A DNA stretch of 64,000 nucleotides from Endomicrobiales bacterium (GTDB taxonomy: Bacteria > Elusimicrobiota > Endomicrobiia > Endomicrobiales > JALOBY01): the NCBI GenBank assembly GCA_963796955.1, contig CAWCNJ010000009.1:37903-101902 (forward strand), read 5' to 3'. How positions within the stretch are numbered: the first letter of the stretch is position 1; each line of letters opens with the position of its first letter. Position numbers and translations under genes: made by a program. The notes beneath the pieces were generated by a model that was not told where the DNA came from, searched no databases, and worked only from the letters and a program-made list of their open reading frames with translations. This document shows, piece after piece, positions 18,294 to 29,412 of the stretch.

Positions 18294-19468
18294 AAAGGAT
18301 CCCTGTTGTTCTCGCTTCTCTTTTTATCGCATCCGTTGTTTTCGCCCAGAACGCTGAAAAAGTCATGTCGCTGGACGAGAGCGTCTCCCTGGGCCTGAAG
18401 AATAATCAGACATTGCTTGCCCTGCTTGAACGGGTGCAGTTGTCGGAAGAGCGCGTCACCGAAGCAAAATCCAACATCCTTCCTAAAATAGATCTGAATT
18501 TCAATGCCTCGGAGTTCGACAATCAGGCGTCACCCAGTATCTTGTCGCCGTCGTTCGATTCGGTCTATCTGCCCCAGAACAAAAGCGATCAGTACTTCTC
18601 GACGCGCCTTTCCATGTGGCAGTTCCTCTACAACGGCGGCCGCTACACGACAACGATAACGCTCGCCGAGACCAACCTGTCCCAGGCGACCAGTGAAGCA
18701 GAAATAGAGCGCAATGCGGTGACCAGGGATATAAAGCTCGCGTACTATGAATTTCTCGCACAGAGCGAACGCGTGAAGGCGTACGAAGCGTCGTTGGCTC
18801 AGGCGCAAAAGGGACGGACATCCGCGGAAGAGATCAGCTCGCTCCAACATGGCCTGCTTGCTGAGAAACACAATCTGGGAAAAGTCCGGCTTCGGTACCT
18901 GTCCGCCATAGGCATGGAACTTACCGCCGAGGTTGAGGTCAAGGGTATGCTGTGCGCGCCCTATGGCGCCCTTGATGTCGATAAGGGTATTGCCTGGGCG
19001 TTTCAATACCGGCCCGAACTGCGCCAGACCCAATTCCAGGAAAAGATCGATTCTCTCCGGGTCAACCTTTCCCTGACGGAAAGGCTGCCTACCATCAGCC
19101 TGGGCGCCAATTATGAGTGGGTCGGCGACCAGTTCCCGTTAAGCCAGAAGAATTGGAACACCACGATCAATTTCAACGTGCCGATCTTCGACGGCTGGGC
19201 AACCTGGTCCCGCATTAAGCAGCACCGTATCCAGACCCGGGAAGCGAAGATCAGGCGGGCTGCGATCGAGGATCAGGTGCGCCTTCAGGTGCGGGATGCC
19301 TCGCTCGATTACGAATTTTGGAAAGGACAGTGTTCCGCTATTGATGAATTAACAACACCCGACATCCAAAAGGGCCTCCAGAATAAATTGCAAAATATCG
19401 AGATACTTAAAGAATCGCTCAAAGCTCAATCCGTGCTTGAATGGACTGTCGGCACGAGCCTTAAATAA
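18290..19468 (+). CDS. TolC-family outer membrane protein
   Basis: Signal peptide; LPKIDL and LPTISL repeats; PIFDG; RPEL. Confidence 0.8.
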   Translation: MKRIPVVLASLFIASVVFAQNAEKVMSLDESVSLGLKNNQTLLALLERVQLSEERVTEAKSNILPKIDLNFNASEFDNQASPSILSPSFDSVYLPQNKSDQYFSTRLSMWQFLYNGGRYTTTITLAETNLSQATSEAEIERNAVTRDIKLAYYEFLAQSERVKAYEASLAQAQKGRTSAEEISSLQHGLLAEKHNLGKVRLRYLSAIGMELTAEVEVKGMLCAPYGALDVDKGIAWAFQYRPELRQTQFQEKIDSLRVNLSLTERLPTISLGANYEWVGDQFPLSQKNWNTTINFNVPIFDGWATWSRIKQHRIQTREAKIRRAAIEDQVRLQVRDASLDYEFWKGQCSAIDELTTPDIQKGLQNKLQNIEILKESLKAQSVLEWTVGTSLK

Positions 19469-19476
19469 GGGGCATT

Positions 19477-20427
19477 ATGCGCCGGTTACTAGCTTGGCTC
19501 CTGTGCGCCGTTCTTCTCAATTCTCTCCTTGTCGTGCCGTCTATCGCTATCGATGAAAAGCGGGTTCTGACGGATTACCTGTGGTTCCGGTTCGGCCGGC
19601 TGCCTGCAGCCGAGCGCCCGCGAGTGGCCGTCGCATTAGGCGGCGGCGGCGCGCGCGGCATGGCGCATGTGGGCGTGCTCGAGGTCTTTCAGGAAAGCCG
19701 GATCCCTATCGACATTATCACAGGGACCAGTGTGGGAGCCCTGGTAGGCGCGCTCTATTCGGCGGGAACGCCGTTGGACGAAATGGAAAACATGGCCGAG
19801 AACGTAGGCTGGAACGAGCTGTCCGACTTTTCGGGCACCACCCGTATACGGCTGTTGCTGGGAGGGTCGCTCCTGTCCAGCAAAAAAATGGAAAGATATA
19901 TCGCCGCAACGATCGGGGAAAAGCGTTTTTACAACCTGAACATTCCTTTCGCCTGCGTGGCCACGGACCTGGTGACGGGCGAGCGCGTGATATTCCGCGA
20001 CGGAGAAGTAGCCCTTGCCGCCCGCGCCAGCGCAACGGTGCCCGGGTTGTTCGATCCGGTGGAATACCGGCACCGGTTCCTTGTCGACGGCGGGATACTC
20101 GATAATATCCCGACCGATGTGGCGCGCCTGATGGGCGGCGAATATATAATCGCTGTTTCCGTTAACGGTGATTTCTCACGGCAGGCTATTGCAAGCGTTT
20201 TCAGAGTGCTGGTGCAGTCTATATCGATACAGGGCAAGGTGCTGGACGATGAACGGCTGAAGGACGCGGATTATGTGGTCTCACCGCAGGTCGGCACCGT
20301 TTCCGCCGTAGATCTTGGACGTTCCCATGAATGCATAGATGCCGGCGTTTCCGCCGCCTGGCAGGCCGTGCCGGGAATAAAACGAACGCTGCTTGACCGG
20401 ACCACCATAGGATACCTGCTCAGATGA
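19477..20427 (+). CDS. Patatin-like phospholipase (signal peptide)
   Basis: GGGGARG, GTSVG, VDGG. Confidence 0.92.
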   Translation: MRRLLAWLLCAVLLNSLLVVPSIAIDEKRVLTDYLWFRFGRLPAAERPRVAVALGGGGARGMAHVGVLEVFQESRIPIDIITGTSVGALVGALYSAGTPLDEMENMAENVGWNELSDFSGTTRIRLLLGGSLLSSKKMERYIAATIGEKRFYNLNIPFACVATDLVTGERVIFRDGEVALAARASATVPGLFDPVEYRHRFLVDGGILDNIPTDVARLMGGEYIIAVSVNGDFSRQAIASVFRVLVQSISIQGKVLDDERLKDADYVVSPQVGTVSAVDLGRSHECIDAGVSAAWQAVPGIKRTLLDRTTIGYLLR

Positions 20428-21310
20428 AATTAAGAACGCTCATTATGGTGCCGTTGCTTAGCGCTGCACTCTTTTTACCGGCGTACTGCGATGATACCGC
20501 CGCGCTGCGCCAAATGATCGATACCGTCAAAACAGCTTCAAAGGCTTACCCGCTCTGGCTCGAGTACGGGGCGGCTCTCAGCGCTCAGAACGACTATGCG
20601 GGCGCCATTGAAGCGTATAAGAACGCGGTCAAACTTCGCCCAAAGAAAATCGACGGCCGTCTGCTGCTCGCGGCTGCTTTTGAACGCGCCGAGCTGTTCG
20701 ATCAGGCGATAACAGAATATCTGTCTGCGCTTGAACGCGACCCTAAGTCGTATGACTCACTGATGCGGCTTGCAGCGCTCTATCTGAGGGAGGGCTTTAG
20801 CAGCAAAGCGATGGAATGTTATATAAAGGCCCTTACGCTCCGCCCGGATACCGAAACGTACAGACAGACCGCCCAATGTGCCGAGAATATGGGAGATCTT
20901 GAGTTGGCGGCGTCAATGCTGCGGCAGGTACTTTCAAAAGAAAGCCGTTACGACGATAACTATAACGTCGGCCGGGTGTTGACCCTTTTGGGCGAACATA
21001 CGGAGGCTGAAAAATATTTGTCAGAGGCTATACGCATAAACCCGGGCATGCCGGATGCCTATCTGTTGCTTGGCCTGTTGTATGAAAAAATGGACAATTA
21101 CACTCTGGCTGAAAAGATGCTTTCGATCGCACGGGAAAAAGCGCCCAGGAAGGGATCATCTATTTCTTCCTTGCCCAGCTGTATCACCATCAAAATGACC
21201 GTGCCCGGGCCCTTGAAGAGATAGCCCAATGCCGTAAGCTCGCAAAAACCGAAATGCTGAAAGACTACAGTGAAAGGTTCCAGGCACTATTGGCAGTAGA
21301 AAAACATTAA
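20424..21310 (+). CDS. Exported TPR-repeat protein, apparent indel near 21150
   Basis: Signal peptide and TPR periodicity; shifted frame continues EGIIYFFLAQLY...VEKH-stop at 21310. Confidence 0.8.
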
Positions 21311-21327
21311 AATTTGTTGTCCATAGT

Positions 21328-21366
21328 AAAAAATACCGGGCGGTTTTCTCCGCACGGTATTTTTTT
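21328..21366. terminator. Bidirectional rho-independent terminator
   Basis: AAAAAATACCG-G-GCGG/CCGC-A-CGGTATTTTTT between convergent genes. Confidence 0.85.
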
Positions 21367-21386
21367 ATTTGTCGTAGTGATCGCTT

Positions 21387-22421
21387 TTAGGCCGGTTTTA
21401 TTTGAAACAGGAATTTTATGCCGCCGATTTCCAGAATGTCGTTATCTTTCAGCTCCAGCTGGCCGGAAACGGGGGAATTGTTGACTTTAGGGTAACCGTC
21501 TTTTACCGCGGTCATGAGAAAGCCGGCAGGCCGTTTGCTTATCAGTACCGCTATGTCGGGGGCAAAAAACCCCTTGATCTTTATAGCGGCCGTTTCTGAT
21601 TTTCCTATGTAGGTTAAAGGTGTCGTAAGATCGTAATCGTTTTGTTCAGCTTTTCCTTCAATAACTTTCAGATGACCGCTGACGGTAGATTTTGGCGCCC
21701 CGATAGGTCCGATCGGTTCTGTAAGCGGCGGGACGGCGGCAGGAGCGATAGGCGGCGGCACAGGTGCCGGCGGAGGAGCGGAAGGGGGCGCTGCGGCCGG
21801 TCTTGCGGCTGGCGCGGATTCCGGTGACGGCGGCGCGGTTTGTTCAACGACCATGGCGGGCGGTTCAACCGGTGTCTCAGCCTTGGGCGGCTCTGCCGGT
21901 TCCACCGCTTTCACCGGTTCAAGAGTTTTTACCGGTTCAACAATGTTCACGGGCTCCGGAGGTTTCACTGCCTCTACGGGTGTAACGGGCTCCACCGGTA
22001 CGTCCGGTATGACGGGAGCAGCGGGTTTTTCAACAGCGGCGACTGAGGCGGCAAGCTCCGCCAGTATTTGTTTTTGGATCTCCGGGTTGATAACCACCGT
22101 TTCCTGGGTTTCAACAGCAGCGGCTTGTACTGATTCCGGGAAAACAAATTGGAGGCTGTGTTGCCCGAGCAGGATCGTATCATTATGTTGTAAAGCTGAA
22201 GTTAAAATACGTTTCTCGTTAAGGAACGTTCCGTTGGTACTTTGAAGGTCTTCTATCATGTACGTCTTGCCCTGCATGGTGATGCGGGCATGGTGGCTGG
22301 AGATAGCCATGTTGTCGATGGCGATATCATTGTCGGGTTTGCGCCCGATCGTCAAGGGGGTCTTTTCTATGGGGATCTCTTTAAGGACCGCCGCATGGTA
22401 TTTGAGCAAGAGTTTAGGCAT
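21387..22421 (-). CDS. Tandem-FHA protein with Pro-rich linker
   Basis: N-terminal IGR..DNDI...SSHHA...DLQSTNGT; C-terminal degenerate FHA (IGKS...L.DNDILEIG). Confidence 0.88.
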   Translation of the reverse strand: MPKLLLKYHAAVLKEIPIEKTPLTIGRKPDNDIAIDNMAISSHHARITMQGKTYMIEDLQSTNGTFLNEKRILTSALQHNDTILLGQHSLQFVFPESVQAAAVETQETVVINPEIQKQILAELAASVAAVEKPAAPVIPDVPVEPVTPVEAVKPPEPVNIVEPVKTLEPVKAVEPAEPPKAETPVEPPAMVVEQTAPPSPESAPAARPAAAPPSAPPPAPVPPPIAPAAVPPLTEPIGPIGAPKSTVSGHLKVIEGKAEQNDYDLTTPLTYIGKSETAAIKIKGFFAPDIAVLISKRPAGFLMTAVKDGYPKVNNSPVSGQLELKDNDILEIGGIKFLFQIKPA

Positions 22422-23239
22422 TATAATTTCCTGATGGAATTGATCAGCTTATCCCACACCGTGGTTCCCTGCACGTGAAGCACGATCGCGCTGACGTTAT
22501 CTCGCCCGCCCGCCTCGTTCGCTGCAGCTACCAGCTGGTCGGCTATGGATTGCGGCGTTGTGTCGTCATTGAAATGAGCGAGTATCTGTTCGTCGCTGAG
22601 CATCTTTGTAAGGCCGTCTGTGCACAACAGTACAAAATCGCCGCCTGCCGCTTCTTTTTCAACCAGTCCCGGCACCACGTTCGTGTCCGTGCCGAGGGCC
22701 CTGGTCAGAACGTTCTTATATTCAGAGCTTTCCGCCTGCTGTGCCGTGATAAGACCCTTGTCGATCTGTTCCTGCACAACTGAATGGTCGCGCGTCAGCT
22801 GGGATAACTGCCCCTGGCGCACCAGGTAGGCCCGGCTGTCACCGACCCAGCATATAATGTACGAATTATTGAGGTACAGCGTCAAGACCAGCGTGGTGCC
22901 CATTCCCTTGTTCTGGGAATAGCTGACGCTCGCTTCGTAGATAACTTCGTTCGCTATCTTAATGCTGGAAACGGCAAAGTTCGCGACCTCGGAAAGGGCG
23001 GGATCGTTCCCGCCGAAAACCATGGTTTCGCCGTTCCCGTCGGCCTTTTGTTGTAACACGGTCGCCAGGTTCTTCGCGATCACGTCGCAGGCCATTTTGC
23101 TGGCGACCTCGCCGGAGCGGTGGCCGCCCATACCGTCGGCTATTATAAAAATGTTATTCTTTTCATCAACAAGAAAATGATCTTCGTTGTTCGCCCGTAC
23201 TCTGCCCCTGTCGGAGACCGCCCCGCAGGAAATGGTCAT
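22421..23239 (-). CDS. PP2C-family Ser/Thr phosphatase
   Basis: GRVRANNED, ADGMGG, GMGTT, VGDSR, CTDGL, GGRDN. Confidence 0.95.
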   Translation of the reverse strand: MTISCGAVSDRGRVRANNEDHFLVDEKNNIFIIADGMGGHRSGEVASKMACDVIAKNLATVLQQKADGNGETMVFGGNDPALSEVANFAVSSIKIANEVIYEASVSYSQNKGMGTTLVLTLYLNNSYIICWVGDSRAYLVRQGQLSQLTRDHSVVQEQIDKGLITAQQAESSEYKNVLTRALGTDTNVVPGLVEKEAAGGDFVLLCTDGLTKMLSDEQILAHFNDDTTPQSIADQLVAAANEAGGRDNVSAIVLHVQGTTVWDKLINSIRKL

Positions 23240-25770
23240 AGCGACCCTGAATTTTTGATAGTCTCAACGCAGCGCTGAAGGTCTGCGGCTATTTCGCTGC
23301 CGCGCTGATAGCGCATATCAGGGTTCTTGTTCAGGCACTTATCCAGGACGGCGATAAGGCAATCGGGCAGATTAGGTTTGAATTCTTTCGGCGAGGGATG
23401 TTGTGCGTTCGCTATCTTGTACATCAGCGTCGCTATGCTGTCGCCGTCAAAGGGTTTGTGGCCGCACAGCAGTTCATAGAACATAACGCCGTAGCTGAAA
23501 AGATCGCTCCTGCCGTCAACTTTTTTTCCGGCGAGCTGTTCCGGCGACATATAGCTGGGCGTGCCCAGCACGGTCCCGGTGGCGGTCTTGGTGGAAGCGG
23601 CGATGTGCGCGATGCCAAAGTCCGTTATGCGTAGGGTGCCGTCTTTTAAAAGCATGATGTTGGCGGGCTTAATATCGCGGTGGATCACACCCTGCTGGTG
23701 CGCGTAGTCCAGGGCCAGCGCTATCTTATTGGCGTAATCCAATGTAAAATTCAACGGTAGCAGGTTCGCTTTATCCGTGTATTTCTTCAGGTCTTCGCCT
23801 TCCAGCAGCTCCATCGCGATATAGGAAACCCCGTTATCTTCGCCGGCGTCATAGATCTTTATAATGTTCGGGTGGTTCAGGTTGCCGGCAGATTCGGCTT
23901 CCCGGAAGAAGCGTTCCTTAATGGCCTTGCCCGAAGCCTCATCAATATCATCGTCGAAACGCAGCGTTTTTATCGCGACCTGCCGGTTGATCTTGGGGTC
24001 TTTGCCGAGATAAACCGTGCCCATCGCGCCATGGCCCAGCTCTTTTTCTATCTGGTAACGGCCAAGCGTGGGGTTTGCGGCCCCGGCTCCTTCCAATAAT
24101 ACGGTCCCTTCTGATGATGCTTTCTTACCGGCGACCCCGCCGAACACCGCGCCGTCCGAGGCTGCCTTAAGTTGTTTAATGCGTTCAGCGACACCCTTGA
24201 ATTCCTTATCGGCCTTCATTATGTGTTCATAAACGGCGACGGCTTTATTGAACTGCCGTTTGCGTTCGAAGTCGAGACCCAGGTTATACAGTAATTCCTT
24301 CATAGGTTCATCAACGGGACACTTGCGGAACTTTTCAAAGGCCATATCGAGCATGCCCTGCCCCTGGAAGGAAAGTCCCAGCATTTTGTTGGTCTCTATG
24401 GCGCCGGCCTCTACCAGTTCCTTCTTTTTTTCAGTGACCAGAAAACGTTTTGAAACGATTATCAGGTAGCCGGTTATCAGCAGTGACATGCTATAAGAGA
24501 TCTTCAGCCAGTAACCGTTGTTGACAAAAAAGTACGTGCTGCCGCCGGTCAGCGCCGCCAGCAACAGCAGAGAGATCAGGGCCCCTGCCAGCGCGTGCAG
24601 CCTGGGCAGTAAGAATGTCACAAAAAGGCCGATAAAGATAAGTGTGCCGAGTTCGGCGTTCTTCGCCCATTCGGGACGCGTTATGAACTTCTGATGAAGG
24701 ATATTGCTGATAACGTTCGCGGTCACCTCAACGCCCGGAAAATTGTGTCCGGCAGGGGTGGTGTTCATATCCGCTATACCGGTCGCCATGTGGCCGACCA
24801 GTACTATTTTATCTTTTAAAGCCGCAGGGTCTATCTTATTGTTCAGCACATCGTAAAATGAAAAATACGGGAAGGTTCCTACCGGACCGTTAAAGTTTAT
24901 CAGCATTGCCGAAGTCGAAGGATCAAGGGGAATTACCGCGCGGCCGATGGCCAGAGACCTGTTAACCGTAAGTTTTACTTCTTCAAGAGGAATATTCAGA
25001 TACATTCTTGTCAGCTGCACGGCGTACGAGGGAAAAAAATCACCTTCGGACCGCACCACCGGCATTTCAGACCTGACGCCGCCGTCGACATCCTTCAGCG
25101 TGTTCACATGGCCCAGGCCCGGGGAGGCGAAAATAAATCCTTCCAGCGGCAGCATCGGGCTGTGGCCTTCTATCTGGGGGAAGACGGAAATGTTAGCGGT
25201 GTTCTCTATCAAGGTGATCGTGCTGGAAGAAAGCATGAGGGATGGTTCGCTTTCCTTGCCGAGGGCAGGGCCCATGGTAAAGTACATGGGCAATATGACC
25301 CTTCCGGAATGTTGCAGGGAGTTGAGCAATATCGAGTCGTTGTCCAGCCGGACTTGAGCTTGTGAAAGTTCCAGTTCTATCGCGTCTTTTAATTTCAGGT
25401 TCCTGCCCGCAAGCGCGGGTAGTTTTTCCTGCAGGTTCTTGATCTCTTCCAGACCCTGATTACGCTCCGGCTCGGTGAAAAGAATGTTAAGCCCGATCAC
25501 CTTGGCGCCGCAATTGTTTATCGCGTCCAGCCCCCTGGCGATCACGGCGCGCGGCCAGGGCCAGCGGCCGAGTTTATTTATGGAATCATCATCGATAGCC
25601 ACAATGGCTATTTCATTACCCTGCGGGGAGGCCTGACGCAATGTGCAGCGGGCATCATACAGCTTCAGTTCAAGGGTTTCAAGGAAGGCGGGTTGTAAAA
25701 AATACAGGCCGACAAACGCAAGGATCAACACGATACCGATAGTCAGGTCCGAAAGGAAGAACTTTTTCAC
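23236..25770 (-). CDS. CHASE2-sensor membrane Ser/Thr protein kinase
   Basis: IDD.SI..LGRWPWPR and PGVE..AN (CHASE2); three TMs; GHGAMG, VAIK, HRDIKPAN, DFG, GTPSYMSPEQ. Confidence 0.94.
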   Translation of the reverse strand: MKKFFLSDLTIGIVLILAFVGLYFLQPAFLETLELKLYDARCTLRQASPQGNEIAIVAIDDDSINKLGRWPWPRAVIARGLDAINNCGAKVIGLNILFTEPERNQGLEEIKNLQEKLPALAGRNLKLKDAIELELSQAQVRLDNDSILLNSLQHSGRVILPMYFTMGPALGKESEPSLMLSSSTITLIENTANISVFPQIEGHSPMLPLEGFIFASPGLGHVNTLKDVDGGVRSEMPVVRSEGDFFPSYAVQLTRMYLNIPLEEVKLTVNRSLAIGRAVIPLDPSTSAMLINFNGPVGTFPYFSFYDVLNNKIDPAALKDKIVLVGHMATGIADMNTTPAGHNFPGVEVTANVISNILHQKFITRPEWAKNAELGTLIFIGLFVTFLLPRLHALAGALISLLLLAALTGGSTYFFVNNGYWLKISYSMSLLITGYLIIVSKRFLVTEKKKELVEAGAIETNKMLGLSFQGQGMLDMAFEKFRKCPVDEPMKELLYNLGLDFERKRQFNKAVAVYEHIMKADKEFKGVAERIKQLKAASDGAVFGGVAGKKASSEGTVLLEGAGAANPTLGRYQIEKELGHGAMGTVYLGKDPKINRQVAIKTLRFDDDIDEASGKAIKERFFREAESAGNLNHPNIIKIYDAGEDNGVSYIAMELLEGEDLKKYTDKANLLPLNFTLDYANKIALALDYAHQQGVIHRDIKPANIMLLKDGTLRITDFGIAHIAASTKTATGTVLGTPSYMSPEQLAGKKVDGRSDLFSYGVMFYELLCGHKPFDGDSIATLMYKIANAQHPSPKEFKPNLPDCLIAVLDKCLNKNPDMRYQRGSEIAADLQRCVETIKNSGSL

Positions 25771-25813
25771 GATTTCCCTTTATTATTCTTGGAAAGGTTA
25801 GTGCTCGTTCTTG

Positions 25814-25842
25814 ATTATAATGGAAACTATATATATAGTCAA
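25814..25842 (-). promoter_or_regulatory. Sigma70 promoter of the kinase-phosphatase-FHA operon
   Basis: Reverse complement TTGACT-17 bp-TATAAT. Confidence 0.7.
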
Positions 25843-25858
25843 GGTGTTTTTAGGTAAA

Positions 25859-25887
25859 TTGACAAGAAACCGCCAAATTGGTAGGAT
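25859..25887 (+). promoter_or_regulatory. Sigma70 promoter of lysA-dapF-dapA
   Basis: TTGACA-17 bp-TAGGAT. Confidence 0.7.
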
Positions 25888-25926
25888 AAGCAGGTTAAAA
25901 CTACTCCTGAGCCGCGAAAGGTTGCC

Positions 25927-27161
25927 ATGTATTCTTATCGGAAGGACCAGCTGCATATAGATACGGTTTCAGTACGTTCCATAGTTCGCAAATTCGGAAC
26001 CCCTCTGTTCATTTATTCAAAGGCGCAATTGACCGCCAACTTCCGGAAATTCGACAATGCTTTTTCAAGCGTTCCGCACTTAACGTGCTTTGCGCTTAAG
26101 GCAAACTGTAACGGAACGGTCCTTTCAACGCTGGCAAAGCTGGGCTCCGGTGTGGATATCACCTCCGGTGGGGAATTATATCGTTCTCTGAAGGCAGGTT
26201 TCTCTCCTGCCAGGGTTGTGTACGCCGGCATAGGCAAGACGGCCGCGGAGATAGAGTACGCAGTTACGGCCGCATACTGATGTTCAATGTCGAGTCAGTG
26301 GAAGAACTTGAGGCCATTAACCGTATAGCCGGGCGTTTAAAGAAGAAGGCATCTATCGCTTTCCGGTAAACCCTAACGTTGACGCAGATACACACCACTA
26401 CATAACGACCGGTAAAAGCGGCTCAAAATTCGGCATACCATATCAGGATTCGCTCGCAATCTACACAAAAGCCCGTAACATGCCGAACATGCCGCATTGC
26501 CGGTATCCATTGCCATATCGGTTCTCAGATAACGAATGTAGTGTCATTTTCCATGGCTGCTCGCCGCATTGAAGGCATCGTCAGGGAACTGCAGGCAGCC
26601 GGCATTGTGCTGCCCTTCATAGATCTGGGCGGCGGTCTTGGGATACAATATAACGACGGTGATGAGCCGAAGACTCCTGAGGAGCTGGCAAAAGCCGTCC
26701 TGCCGGTATTTAAGGATTTTAAAGGCACGTTCATTCTTGAGCCGGGCCGCTATCTGGTAGCTAATACCGGTGCCCTCGCCGGCAGCGTGACCTACCGGAA
26801 AAAATGTGAAGGCAGGCAGTTCTTAATAACGGATATGGCGATGAACGACCTGCTGCGCCCGACACTGTACGAAGCCTATCATGAGATAGTGCCCTGTGAG
26901 CGGCCCACGCGGGCCAAAACAAAAGTTGATGTGGTCGGCCCTATCTGTGAGTCTGGCGATTTTATGGGCAAGGAGCGCCTTCTGCCCTGGGTTGAACAGG
27001 GTGAGGTGCTGGTGGTGCAAAACGCCGGCGCTTACGGCATGGCGATGTCGTCGCAGTACAATTCCCGCGGCCGGGCCGCCGAGGTAATGATCGATGGAAG
27101 TAAAGTAAGACTGATCCGCAAACGCGAAAGTTATGAAGATATTATCAGGAGCGAACAATGA
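25927..27161 (+). CDS. lysA: Diaminopimelate decarboxylase with ~3 apparent indels (~26270, ~26365, ~26495)
   Basis: FALKAN, SGGEL, FNVES, ITTG...KFGI, HCHIGSQI, DLGGG, EPGR, GPICESGD, GAYG..MSSQYN spread over successive frames. Confidence 0.92.
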
Positions 27162-27994
27162 GCCGTACGAAAAATATAAATTTTCATAAGATCTCCGCCG
27201 CCGGGAATGATTTTATACTGATTGACAACCGCAAGAACGTGCTGCCCGCCGATATTTCCGCTCTTGCCGCTAAAATGTGCAACCGCAAATTCGCGGTCGG
27301 CGCAGACGGGCTTATCGCGCTTGAAAATTCGGCGTCGGCGGATTTCAGGATGAAGTTCTTTAATTCCGACGGTTCTCCGGCAGAAATGTGCGGCAACGGC
27401 GCGCGGTCCCTTGCGCGGTTCGCCCACCGGATCGGCGCTGCGGGAAAGAAGATGTCCTTTGAGACCGATGCCGGCCTGGTCAGCGCTGAGATACTTAAAG
27501 AGGACGTGCGCATCCAGCTGAGCACGCCAAAGGATATACGCCTTGATTTTGTGCTCAAGGTGGAGAAGATGGAATTCAACGCCTCGTTCATAAACACGGG
27601 CGTTCCGCATACGGTCATTTACGTCAATGATATTGAAAAAGCCGATGTCGTCAATATCGGCCGCGCGGTGCGGTATCACAAAGAATTTTCGCCGGCCGGG
27701 ACGAACGTGAATTTTGTCCAGGTTAAAGACCGGCAGACCCTGCTCGTGCGTACCTACGAGCGCGGCGTGGAGGATGAAACCCTTGCCTGCGGCACCGGCG
27801 TTACTGCCAGTGCGGTAGTCTCGGGCATTAAAAAGCTGGTTGCGACCCCGGTCAACTGTGTCACACGGGGCGGCTATAAACTGATCGTCAATTTTACATT
27901 GAACGATACGGCGGACCTGATCTCCCCCGTTGACAATGTTTTCCTGGAAGGTCCGGCGGAGATCGCGTTCTCAGGTGAAATGGAAATAAAGTAG
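27158..27994 (+). CDS. dapF: Diaminopimelate epimerase
   Basis: GNDF, GADG, EMCGNG, ERGV..ETLACGTG. Confidence 0.96.
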   Translation: MSRTKNINFHKISAAGNDFILIDNRKNVLPADISALAAKMCNRKFAVGADGLIALENSASADFRMKFFNSDGSPAEMCGNGARSLARFAHRIGAAGKKMSFETDAGLVSAEILKEDVRIQLSTPKDIRLDFVLKVEKMEFNASFINTGVPHTVIYVNDIEKADVVNIGRAVRYHKEFSPAGTNVNFVQVKDRQTLLVRTYERGVEDETLACGTGVTASAVVSGIKKLVATPVNCVTRGGYKLIVNFTLNDTADLISPVDNVFLEGPAEIAFSGEMEIK

Positions 27995-28017
27995 TATAGA
28001 AATAATTGGAGGATTCA

Positions 28018-28892
28018 ATGTTTTCAGGCTCGTTCGTTGCGATAGTAACCCCTTTCAAGAATAGTAAGGTTGATTTTGATAAGCTCAAGGAACTGGTTAA
28101 GTTCCAGATAGATAACGGCACCGCCGGCATCATCCCCTGCGGCACGACGGGTGAGAGCGCGACGCTCTCCACGAAGAACACGAAGCCGTGATAGAGACCG
28201 TCGTGAAGACCGCCGATAAAAAGGTGAAGGTCGTCGCCGGAACGGGCTCTAACTGCACCGACGAAGCGATAGTCCTTACCAGGTTCGCGGAGAAGGTAGG
28301 CTGCGACGGCACCCTGCAAGTCTCTCCCTATTACAACAAGCCGACACAGAAAGGTCTGTACCTGCACTTTAAGGCGGTGGCCGACTCGGTAAAGATCCCC
28401 GTGATGCTGTACAATATCATGGGCCGCACGGCTGTGAATATTGAACCGGCTACTTTTGCGAAACTCGCGAAAGACTGCAAGAATATCGTTTCCGTTAAAG
28501 AAGCTTCCGGATCGCTGGAACAGATGTCGGCGATCAAGAAGCTATGCCCGGAAATGGACCTGCTCAGCGGCGATGACGCCATTACACTGCCGGTTCTTTC
28601 CATAGGCGGCACAGGCGTCGTTTCAGTCGTCGCCAACATAGTGCCCCAGGACGTCGCCGACCTGTGCAACGCCTGGTTCGAAGGCAACGTCCGTAAGGCG
28701 CAGGAAATGCATTATAAGCTGTTGCCGCTCGTCAAGGCAATGTTCATAGAAGGCAACCCGATCCCCGTAAAAGAGGCCATGGGCCTGATGGGCTTGTGCT
28801 CCCCGGAAATGCGCCTGCCCATGTGCCCGATGGAAGAGCCGAACCGCCAAAAACTGATCCAGGCGCTCAATAGCTACGGGCTGATAAAATAA
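28018..28892 (+). CDS. dapA: 4-hydroxy-tetrahydrodipicolinate synthase, apparent indel near 28170
   Basis: AIVTPF, GTTGES, PYYNKP, KEASG, LSGDD, NPIPVK. Confidence 0.94.
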
Positions 28893-28914
28893 CCATCAGT
28901 AATAGAGGCTGAAG

Positions 28915-29412
28915 ATGTTCTATCTAAAAATATTCGAGGAGTTAAATAAGAGTGGCGTGAAGTACCTGGTGATCGGCGGGATCGCGGTAAACCTGCATGG
29001 TTATGATAGGTTGACTGGTGACATAGATATAATGATGTCTTTCAGTCCAGAGAATGTGGATAAATTTGTTTCATTCGCTGAAAACCTCGGTTTCAAATCC
29101 AAAACCCCGGTCAGCATTAAAGATTTGGCTGACGGAGACAAGCGCCGCATGTGGATCGAAGAAAAAAATGCAAAAGTGTTTACCATATACAACCCCAAGA
29201 ACATGCTTGAGTCCATAGATGTTATGATAATGGAATATATCGATTTTGAGAAAGCATTTAAGAAGGCTGTGTTTGCGCAGGCTGGCGACCTGAAAATACC
29301 TCTTGTGTCAATAGATGACCTGATAAAGCTTAAAGAGATAGCCGGTCGTGAAAGAGATATATCAGACATACGCGCTTTGCAGGTCATAAAGGAACTGAAT
29401 GATGAAAAATAG
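28915..29412 (+). CDS. Nucleotidyltransferase-fold protein
   Basis: YLVIGG.AV..HG..R.T.DID and DLI.LK..AGR.RD..DI motifs. Confidence 0.8.
   Translation: MFYLKIFEELNKSGVKYLVIGGIAVNLHGYDRLTGDIDIMMSFSPENVDKFVSFAENLGFKSKTPVSIKDLADGDKRRMWIEEKNAKVFTIYNPKNMLESIDVMIMEYIDFEKAFKKAVFAQAGDLKIPLVSIDDLIKLKEIAGRERDISDIRALQVIKELNDEK

Noticed and set aside
18290..21310. TolC-patatin-TPR as a defence or secretion system
   Set aside because: No ABC/MFP partner or CBASS-type cyclase nearby; the patatin has a signal peptide.
21850..22010. Short repeat array as CRISPR-like DNA
   Set aside because: Degenerate 18-bp coding repeats with no spacers.
25890..25926. Lysine riboswitch upstream of lysA
   Set aside because: Predicted leader is only ~35 nt, too short for the aptamer.
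25927..28892. lysA and dapA as pseudogenes or programmed frameshifts
   Set aside because: All catalytic motifs remain and similar small indels recur in amrA, at 7860, at 21150 and in the giant gene; sequencing error is the simpler explanation.
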